This document shows, in pieces, positions 52,906 to 64,000 of a stretch of DNA of 64,000 nt. The position numbers were made by a program, and so were the translations under genes. The stretch lies in the NCBI RefSeq assembly GCF_009914755.1, contig NC_060930.1, one strand, 5' to 3'. The notes under the pieces are model-generated. The model was not told the DNA's origin, searched no databases, and saw only the letters and a program-made list of their open reading frames with translations. This DNA comes from the human T2T-CHM13v2.0 reference genome, Homo sapiens. Within the stretch, counting starts at the first letter, position 1; every line of letters begins with the position of its first letter.

Positions 52906-55455
52906 TCTGCTTTTAAAGAAATTGTCTAAGGAGCTGATTTCTGTCTCTTCAGTATGAGTATGAATAGGACATGGAATGCCTTGGGGACACTTAGAACAAC
53001 AATAACAAAAAAAAAATTGGGCAGCATGCTACTTCTTCAGAGGGCCTGTGTACAGCAGACACCAACAGGAACAAGAGATTATAAAATCCTGAAAATAAAA
53101 AGAAGCTGACACATTCCTCTAATTAGGAATATACACACACAAGTCCAAAGAAGGCATATTTACAGAAAAAGTCTGAAAGCCCTCAAAATCTCTAGCCAAC
53201 ATGAGTGGTAAAAGTATTTTCCTGTATGAGGCCAGTTTGTAAAGACTAGGAGAGGTGGATTTTTTTTTCCCAAATGTATGGGTATCAATTCAAAGTTATA
53301 TGAAACATAAAGAAATAGAAAAAAGTGGCCCAGTAAAAAGAATAAAGTAAATCTGTAAAAATTGACCTTAAGAAAATGGAGGTATATAAGTTACCAGACA
53401 AGTAATTCAAAACAACTGTCATAAAGATGCTAAATAAACTGAGGAGAAGGATGCATGAACAAAATTTGATAGAAAGAGATAACAATTAGATAACAAACGG
53501 AAAGTATAAAAAAAGACAAAAGAAATTTTGGAGTTGAAGCATGCAATAGCTGAATTGAAAAATTAATCAGAGGTGATCAACAAGAGACTTGATGAAGCAG
53601 AAGAAAGAATGATGAACTCAAAGACAGATCATTTGAAATTATCTTGTCAGATCACCAAATAAATGAATAACAAAAAGCATGAAAAAATTATGTTTTATGT
53701 AAACCCTGTGGTAACTACAAAAAATAACAATAGAAGATACACAAGAAAAATGCAAAAGAAATCAAAGTATGTCACAACAACAAAAATCAACAAAATGCAA
53801 AGGAAGAGAGCAACAGAGAAAAAGAGGGGCAAAGAGCTAAAAGACACATAGAAACCAACAAAATTGAAATTACCTTAAATATAAAGGGATTAAACATCAT
53901 AATCAAATGGCACAGAGTGGGTTACTTGATAGAAGCAAACAAGCAACAAACATAAGTGTCAGCTATAAACTATCTATAAGAGACTTACTTTAGATTAAAG
54001 AACACATATAGGCTTAAGACAAAAATATGAAAAATATATTAATTTCAAGTGGTAATTAAAAGAAAGAAGAGGTGGTGGTACTTACATCAGACAAAATAGA
54101 GTTTAAGTCAAAAAAATGTTCACAAGAAACAGAGAAGATCATCATATAATGATTTAAGGGTCAATTCACCGGGAAGCCATAACAATTATAATTATACACG
54201 TACCCAATATCAGAATACCTAAATATATGAAGTGAACACTGACAGAACTGAAGAAATGGGCAGAAACACAATAATAGTAGGAGACTTCAGTTTCCCACTT
54301 TTAATAATGGATAGAACATACAGACAGATCAATAAGGAAATGGAAGATCTGGATAACACTGTAATCCAAATGGAACTAACAGACATATACAGAACATTCT
54401 ACCCTCAAAGAGCAGAATACCCGTTCTGCTCAAGTGCACATGAAACATTTTCCAGGATAGATCATATGTTACATCACAAAACAAGTGTTAACTAATTTAA
54501 GGAGATTTAAATCATTCCAAATATTTTTTCTAACAAAAGGAATGAAACTAGATGTCAATAGCAGAAGGAAAATTGAAAAAATTCACAAATATGTGGAAAA
54601 GAAAAAAAAATCACCTCTTAACCACCAATGGATCAAAGAAAAAAATCAAAAGGAAAATTGAAAAATATTTTGAGACAAATGAAAAGGAAAACAGAAAATA
54701 ATGAAACTTATGAGATGCAGCAAAAACAGTACTGAAAGGGAAGTTGTAGTGATAAATATCTATATTAAAAAAGAAATATCTCCAATAATAACTTTACACC
54801 TCAAGGAACTAGGAAAAGAAGAACAAACTAAGTCCGAACTTAGCAGAAAGAAGAAAATAATGATGAGAGCAGGAATAAATAAAGAATAGAGAAACAAAGA
54901 AGAAAAAGATGAAACAAAGTTAATGTTTTGAAAAGATGAACAACATCATTAAAACTTTAGCCAGGCCAAAAAAAAAAAAAAGAGAGAGAGAGAAGATTCA
55001 AATAAATAAAACCAGAAACGAAAGAGGAGACCTTACAGCAGATGCTACAAAAATACAAATGATCATAATATGCCAACAAATTAGATAAACTATACAAACT
55101 ATCAAGACTGAATCCAGAAGAAATATAAAGTCCGAATAGACCTGTAACTCCTAAGATTAATCAGTAATCAAAAACCTCCCAAGAAAGAGAAACCTAGAAC
55201 CAAGTGGCTTCAACGGTGAATTTCACAAACATCTAAAGAATTAGTGCCGATCATTCTCAAATGTTTCTATAAATTAAAGACAAAACACTTCCAAACTTAT
55301 TATATAAGGCCAACTTTATCCTGATGTCAAATCTAGCCAAAGACATTACAAGAAGACAAAATTACAGTCCAATCTATCTGATAAATACAGATGCAAAAAC
55401 CATCAACAAAATGCTAGCAAACTGAATTCAATTCTAGCACATTAAATAAGATTAT

Positions 55456-55860
<405 letters not shown>

Positions 55861-56374
55861 TCAAATTAACAGAAGGAAGGATTCAAAATTAGATAATCAT
55901 CTCAGTAGGTTCAGAGAAAGTATTTGATAAAATTCAACCCCTTTTCATGATTAAAAACACTCAGCTAATAGAAGGAATTTGCCTCAACACAAAAAAAGGC
56001 CATATATGTAAACCCCACAGCTACTATCATACTAAATGGTACAAAAATAAAAATTTTTCCTCTTAAAAATAAGGGTTTTCCTCTTAGATTAGGGCAAGAA
56101 TGCCCACTCTTGCCACTTCTATTCAACATTGATTTGGACACAGAAAACTATAAAACATTGGAAAATAAATTTTAAAAGATAAAAATAAATGGGAAGGCAT
56201 CTATGTCCATAAACTGGAAGACAATAATGCTAAAATGTCCATACTATTTAAAGAATTCTACAGATTCAATTCAATCCTTAACAGAATTCCATTAACACAT
56301 TTTACAAAAATAGAAAAAAATCTTAAAATTCATGTGGAGCCACAAAGGACCCTGAATAACCAAAACAATCTTGA

Positions 56375-57323
<949 letters not shown>

Positions 57324-57409
57324 ATTGTTGAAAGTAGGTTTAATGATATGTGTGACTTTTAAAACCACAATAAAAAAGAGATAAAATAATAGTTCACTTT
57401 TCTTCCTTT

Positions 57410-57620
57410 TTACATTGATGCAAGAAGATTACCTGAGATATTGCAGTCACTTTGTAGCACTGAGAAATCGATGACAAAGTGGAACTATGGAGACAACTTT
57501 GATTCTTGATAATGTTTTTAAGTTTCTCAATTAACCAGCCTTAGAGCCACCACACCTTTTTTTGCTTCAGCCAGTTTAAGTTGAGTTTCTGTTACTTGCA
57601 TACTGAAGTATCTTATATAA
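57410..57620. mobile_element. MLT1-type MaLR LTR fragment
   Basis: agccagtttaagttgagtttctgttacttgca. Confidence 0.55.
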
Positions 57621-57689
57621 ACCATTTGTAAAGATTTGTCCCTAGCTAATGAGAAATGCCGGTAAATGACTTAGAGAAAACAATTTTAA

Positions 57690-58280
57690 AATTGAAAACA
57701 TGAAGAAAAAATATTAAACATAGAGTTAACATTTGATCCAGCAATTCCAGTTCTATGTATATAGCAAAGAGAAAAGAAATCATGTATACATAAAAAATTC
57801 CTACATACATTTTAATTGTGCGTTATTATACTATTATAATGGCCAAAAAATGGAGAAAATCAAAATATCTATCAACTGATATATGACTCAACAATATGTA
57901 GTTGATCAATCTGCTGCAATATTATTTGACAATGAAAAGGAATAAAGTACTAATACGTGCCTAGATAAACTTTGGAAACATGTTTAGCGAAAGAAGTGAA
58001 TCCCAAAGGCCCATATTGTGTGATTCCATTGATATGAAAGTGTAGAATAGCCAAATAGAGAAATAGCAAGTAAATTAGTGATTGCCAGGGACTTGAGGAA
58101 GAGGAGTGATTATTAATGCTTATGAGGTTTCTTTTTGGGGTGATTAAGATATCCAAAGTTTAGGTAGTAATGATGGTTGTACAACTTTGTGAATGCACTA
58201 AAATATCACTGAGTCATACTCTTTAAAGGGGTGAATTCTATGGTACATGAATTATATCTTAGTAAAGTTGTAATGAAAAA
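57690..58280 (+). mobile_element. L1MB/ME 3' end
   Basis: aaacatagagttaacatttgatccagcaattcc; gatggttgtacaactttgtgaatgcactaaaa...ggtacatgaattatatct. Confidence 0.8.
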
Positions 58281-58299
58281 AAATGAAGAAATAAAAACA

Positions 58300-59150
58300 A
58301 CTCAAAGGAAAATGCCCACCAAGAATCTCTTTTTATGTCTGGGCAAGAAAAGCACATAGCTTGTGGGGAAAAGGAAATTAGATTATCCTCTGAGCTTTCA
58401 ACATTCATATTGGAAAATTTAGAATTCCAGAAGAATGTGTAGTACTATATAAAACATGACTCAAGGAAAGAAAATGTGACTCAAGAAACTTATATTCAAC
58501 AAAACTGTCCTTGAAGTATAAATGGCACCCACAAACTGGTCAACATGCAATAACTCAGGAGACATTGTTACTAGGTTCCCTTTTGAAGACAATGTGTTAG
58601 TAAATGAGCTTCAGACAGCCAGAAATGACTAGAGTGATGTGGGATTAAGAACACGGAAGTGGTAAGTATTACATGTATAGTTAGGTGTATGATTAAGGCC
58701 ATATGAAGCTTAAAGTGGCTTTATCTTTGAGAATGCAGATGTAGCAAATCATTTACAAACGGGATAGAGGAAGGAGTTGAATGGTTCCATGAGGATGCAA
58801 TTAACAAAATGCAGGCAGTGCGAAACTGTATAGGACAAAAATCTTGAGCTCTTCAGCATATTTATTGTAATAGAAGAGACAGAGAAAGAGATGGAGAAGG
58901 AGCCTATAGATTCAAATAGACTATAAAAACATTTTTAAAAAGATAATAATAGGGCTTATAAATAAAAATTGGGTGACAAAAACATGAAGAAACACAAGGA
59001 AGCAATGACTATGGAAGTCAGGTTACTCCTGGAGGGAGAGAGGAGGCTGTGATTGGAATGGAACATGTAGAAAGCAGTCTAGTGTGGCTGTCAAAGTTCT
59101 GATTTTTGGCCTGGGTGTTTATAAGGATATTCATTTTATAATAATTCAGT
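58300..59150 (+). mobile_element. HAL1-like and L1MC-like fragments
   Basis: caagaaacttatattcaacaaaactgtccttgaagtata; aagtcaggttactcctggagggagagaggagg. Confidence 0.45.
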
Positions 59151-59219
59151 AATCTTGGAAAAAAGAAAATGTTAAACACATAATTGTAAATTCTAAGTAT
59201 ATCACACATTCATAAGAGT

Positions 59220-59860
59220 AATATTACTACTACCACAGTAATAATAACAGTTAATGCTAATTGAATTCTTTATATGTGCCATACATTATGCTGTTGTCTA
59301 CTTAATTATATTATCTCATTATTTACTTTGATTTTTTTTTTTTTCATTTCATAGGTGAGAAAACTAAGGCACAAAGATGTTAGGTGACATGACTCAAATT
59401 CACACAGATTCTAAGCCACCTTGGAGTTGAATGTTATTTACCTAAGAAAGTCTTCTGGCTGACTCAGGTAGCAGAAGTAGCTTTCAATGGGGATGGTGCA
59501 GAAAGAGTGTTTTGGGTTTATTAATTAACTTATTCATGGATTCATTTCACAAATTTGTCGTTGTTTTAGTTGGGCATCTACTCTGTGCCAGGAACTGTGC
59601 TGCAGTGGCACTTGGGGGTATTACTATCAGTGACCCTATGTGCTTTCACACTGCTGCAAGATAGAAGGTACCACAGGAATGGTTAGCAATGAGATGGGTG
59701 GGATTTTAGTGAGGAGTGGAGGTTTAAGCTGAGACAGAAGGGTGAAGACCAGTTCTCCAGGCCGAGGAGGATGGAAGCCTTAGCAGAGAGAGAACTGCAC
59801 CTATGAAGAAGGCCTTGTGATTGCTAAAGAGGAGGGTACATATCAGAAACATGGAAAAGG
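59220..59860 (-). mobile_element. MIR (~59220-59440) and L2 (~59520-59860)
   Basis: ataggtgagaaaactaaggcacaaagatgttagg; ttgggcatctactctgtgccaggaactgtgct. Confidence 0.65.
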
Positions 59861-60021
59861 GTTTCTGAGTTTTTCTAGTATTTAAACCTCAACTCACTCC
59901 ACACAGATCCTACATAAGGATGAGTGACATTAGAACAACCAAACCAACCAGACCAAAACTAAATCCAAACATTTGCATCCCAAGTAAATCTAGAATGAAT
60001 TGAACTTACAATGAACAAATC

Positions 60022-60047
60022 CCTCTCTCTCTCTCTCTCTCTCTCTC
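60022..60047 (+). repeat. (CT)n microsatellite
   Basis: Seen directly. Confidence 0.9.
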
Positions 60048-61194
60048 ATTTTAATTGGATTACATAAAGAGTTAATAAATTTAAGGAAGAATGGGTAGGT
60101 GGCTCTGAACCAAAGTGAACTAAAATTAAACTACATCTAGGTTTGTTCACTGTGGAACTAGAAGGCTGAATTAGTGCCAGTGTGAGAGAGTTCAAGGTGT
60201 CATGTTTTATTGCACTATTAAAGTTTCAGAAAATAGGAGTAACAACTTTCCATCATGAGAAGGGTTTGAGAGACTAGATTACTAATGTGGCAATGATGAT
60301 GTCTGTGTTGAGGAGGAGGTTGGCCTTGGTGAACTCAAACTCTTTCTAATTTTTTTAAAAAATAAGAATATTAGACTGTTCTCAGACATGAGCAACAATT
60401 GAACATGACTATTTTATTAGGTCTGAGTACATCTGGAGGCTCTGAGCTATGTTTTGATAACCGGCTTTAAACCCACAGCAGATGATATGAGGAAAGTCCC
60501 CTTTGACCACATGAAGGCCCATGGGTCCAAAGGCCCATTGCTTGCTAGCACTGGCCTCTATTTGAGGCCATGCTGGCTTTGCCTTAAGCTCAGCCCTGAC
60601 TGCTGGGGCTCATCTCCCAACACTTGACAGCTTCATTCTCTTCCGTCACAGTCACTGCCCCTCCTTGGGCCTCAGTTTTCTGATCTATAAAATGAGGATT
60701 CCCCCGACCTCCCTACCAATGATCTCCCAGAAACTCTGTTGGCATTTATACTCTTAGATTCTCTGATTAATATGTACCAACCAACATTACACTAAGTAAA
60801 AATGATTGAGTGGGGTTGTTGACCCTGACCTGTAGGCCCAAGGAATTGTAGTCAGGGCTTCACAGTTCACTGACTAATCATTCATTAACCAAAATCTTCA
60901 AGTCCTGATTTATATGGTACTATTTTCCTAGGAAATGGGCAATGGAATTTTTCAACTGTGAAAAAAGTTTATTTTCCAGATTTCATCAATGCACACAGTT
61001 ACCTATGTGATAAATCTTGTTTTTCCTCTACTGGTTCATGAGCTTTATTACCTGGAGATTTTCCCCTTTTGTTCTTTGTCCAGATACCATTAACATTTTC
61101 TTCATCTATATAAGTTACTATGTTATTTATATTTTATATTTTGCCACCAAACTTCTTCTATGCTTGAGGTTTTTTTTTCATATTCTAAAATGTT

Positions 61195-61430
61195 TTTCTG
61201 TGGTAAAAACAAAAGAGCTCAGACTTTGGAATAAGACAGACTTGGCTTTAAATACTCTTTTCTACTTATTAGAATTTATTTGGGGAAAATTATCTTTTAG
61301 AGCCTTTGTTTTCACATCTGAGAAATGGAGATATAATACCTACTTTACAGTGTTGCAGTGAGAATTAAATGAGATAATAAGTGAAAAGAGCTGGTGTAAC
61401 ATCTTACACAATAAATATTAGTTTTCTGTT
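61195..61430 (+). mobile_element. MIR
   Basis: gactttggaataagacagacttgg; cacatctgagaaatggagatataatacctac. Confidence 0.75.
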
Positions 61431-61839
61431 TCTTCCTTTATATTACTAAGAATAAGCCCCAAGTGTGTCTTTATCCTTTATTTTTCTTTTAGCATTACTC
61501 ATACTCAGCCAAACTGTGGGTCCAAGTGAAGGAAGGAGTATATCACGTATATACCCATTCATGCTCAATTCAACTGGGTGTTTGAGATTGTGATTTAGAA
61601 TATCGGTCTTTTTTTTTTTTTTTGCCTTCAAGATCTATGACATACTCATTGTATGTTCACAAAATTATAGCTATACTTTCTTTCTTCCCTGTTTGAGGTG
61701 AACATCTGATAATTTATCACATACTAATTTTTCTAGAAATTCCCCCAACTAGTCTACCTGCACACTGATTCACCATCTACATAGCCATTACGAGAGCTAT
61801 GGTGTAGATACACTTCTTATGCAGTCCACAGGCCACAGT

Positions 61840-62280
61840 GAAACTGTGCAGAAATGAAACCCCAGTTCAGAAATCTAGCCTGGTCAACATTTAATTGGTC
61901 ATGATGAGCACATAACTCAGGCTGAACAAATAAGCTTTTCCCCTAGAAATCTGGATTTGATTTGAGATAATTAATTCCATCTCTCGGCTGGATATTGAAT
62001 AATCACAGAAGCTTTCATAGCTGTCTTCCACAGCAGATATAGGTAAACTGAGAGGTGTGATTTGCAATGAGAGAGACAAATGAGAGAAATGCATGGAGGG
62101 AAATAGAGATGAGACGGCCTAACCTGAGTTCCTCCTGGCCTGAAGCCATTCATTCCATCAGTTCTAAAGGGTCACTTGCTTCCCTGCCTTCACACACCCT
62201 TCCAATAAATTTGCTCATTTTTTCTGAAAATACTACGAGTTGGATTTTGCATATATAACTAAATGAATCTTAACAGACTG
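61840..62280. mobile_element. MLT1-type MaLR LTR
   Basis: cctgaagccatt...ccaataaatttgctcatttttt...gagttggattt. Confidence 0.5.
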
Positions 62281-62719
62281 ATAAGATATTAAAGCTTACA
62301 GCATGCAAATCTGGCCACTGTAGCACTTAGAGACAAATAACTTCTTTGCAAAGCTTTTGTTGTGTCTGTGTTTCCTGCAGCATTCTTTACTCCTAATAAG
62401 TCTGTGCATGCTCTAATGATGTGTGTACATGGGCTTTCCAGTTTACTTTTAGCTTGCTTGGACTTCTTGAAAAGTGTGATTCATTAGAATAATTGGAACA
62501 CTTTGTGGGAACTTCTGTCAATGCACACTGTAAGAAGAGTTTGGCTAGGTTTAAAGCAGAGGATTCCAGATGGGGATCAAGTATTCAACTCTTAGGATGA
62601 ATTTAAACAATCTCAGTGTGACAATCATCTCTTTGATCACATTAGACAACTAGTGTGTATAGTAGAAACAGTGTTTCAAAGCAACAACCAAAAGATTACT
62701 CAGCTATTTAGAAATTTGG

Positions 62720-62980
62720 AAGTACTGTCCTTAAGTAAAAATATGAATTCTAGATTAAACTCCCTTAAGTTTAAATCATGATTCCAACCCTTAGCAACTG
62801 TGTGACTTTGGGCAAGTTATTTAAACTCACTGTGTCTCAGTGCAAACCTGTAAAAAAGGGAACAAAATTAGTGGAAACCTTGTAAGATGCTGTGAAGGTT
62901 AAATGAAGTAGCACATATAAAATAAGTTGTCTGGCTTAGAGTCATAGCTCAATAAAGGTTAGCTATTATTTTTATTATTA
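62720..62980 (+). mobile_element. MIR
   Basis: tgtgtgactttgggcaagttatttaaactcactgtgtctcagt; ctcaataaaggttagctattatt. Confidence 0.8.
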
Positions 62981-63760
62981 TAGCTATTTATCCTTAGCCC
63001 AATTAAAAAACTCCTGTGTCTCAGTACCTAACTGAAATCAATATCCTGAAATTATGTATAATTCTAAAATCACATTCTTTTACTTATACATTTTTGCATG
63101 CTAGGTAGTATTACATTTTTAATTATGTGCAGACATTTTTATACATGGCAAAGACAGGTGATAGAAGAAAACAATTTTATTTCCTATGTTTTTGTAGTTT
63201 AAAGTTTAATGAAAGAGCTGGAGCAATCCTTAAAGAAGATGAAAAATAATAAACATCAAAAAAGCAATTAGAATATCTACCACATATCAGATTAATACCA
63301 AAAATAATAGTATATTTGAGGATCTAGCCTATTTTTCTTATACTAAATCTACAAATGTATGGATTACTGGTGAACACAGAGAAGAAATGTGTCTCAGGAA
63401 ATAAATTTTTGTTGAAACTAAAAGCGAGTAGAGGTATAAGTTAAAAGAGATGAACCAGATGGAGCTCTTTAGTAAAGGAGAAGAATCTTAATAGATCTGG
63501 AGTAGGAGGTAAAGATGTTCTGAGTGTCTTTCAACAAATAATGTTTGAGCTCTTATGATGTGCTATGCACTATATTAGTCACCGAATTTGCAAAGATAAA
63601 TAAAAATGTTTATTACTGACAGAAAACCCACTCTAGAGCAGTAGATACGTGAATAGCTACAATGAGAAATGAAGGACAATTCTTTGCAAATATTAAACTC
63701 ACATGTTTTCATGACCTTCCTAAATGTGTTTTCTTGCAGCCTTCTCCTAAGCTGAGCCAC

Positions 63761-63764
<4 letters not shown>

Positions 63765-63793
<29 letters not shown>
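63765..63793 (+). repeat. Poly-T (29)
   Basis: Seen directly. Confidence 0.95.
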
Positions 63794-64000
63794 CCCTACA
63801 AGAAGGAGAAGAAAGATACTGCTCAGAAAAGAGGTCACTAATTAGTCTTAAATATTAAAGCTGACTTTTGTGACCTGTTTGGGGAGTCAAAAACTCTAAA
63901 AGAAGTCACGAGAAAGGAAATAATTTTCTAAATTACTTTATCTTTCCTTAGAACATCAAGAGATAAGTAAAAGACTGGATTGAAGAGGTAGTGCCAGGGC

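Overview
Human/primate genomic DNA: AT-rich and dense in Alu, L1, L2, MIR, LTR and DNA-transposon relics, with no CpG island. The window holds the 3' end of a + strand protein-coding gene whose spliced peptide (DVTVSPKPVSLHPLYQTK...SHNACNK | LSHPMVAIPEHEALDSKE | Q-stop) I recognise as the C-terminus of MLIP (muscular LMNA-interacting protein, C6orf142). The coding exons are 6686-6889, 33409-33462 and a terminal exon starting at 42051, with AATAAA at 42354. The remaining ~21 kb is intergenic. Almost all ORFs in the supplied track are repeat-derived or chance. I see no new multi-gene system. The best candidate for undescribed biology is a very strong second splice acceptor inside the MLIP 3'UTR (T14CCAG ending at 42150). 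It is in frame with the upstream exon, would replace the terminal Gln with a 55-aa Cys-rich, hydrophobic-ended tail, and would remove a miR-29 site. Other candidates: further alternative C-termini, a cardiac TF motif cluster, a CTCF site, a ~1.2 kb AT minisatellite bounded by fold-back palindromes, and several informative retrotransposon structures. Repeat family names come from recalled consensus sequences, and boundaries of old repeats are approximate.
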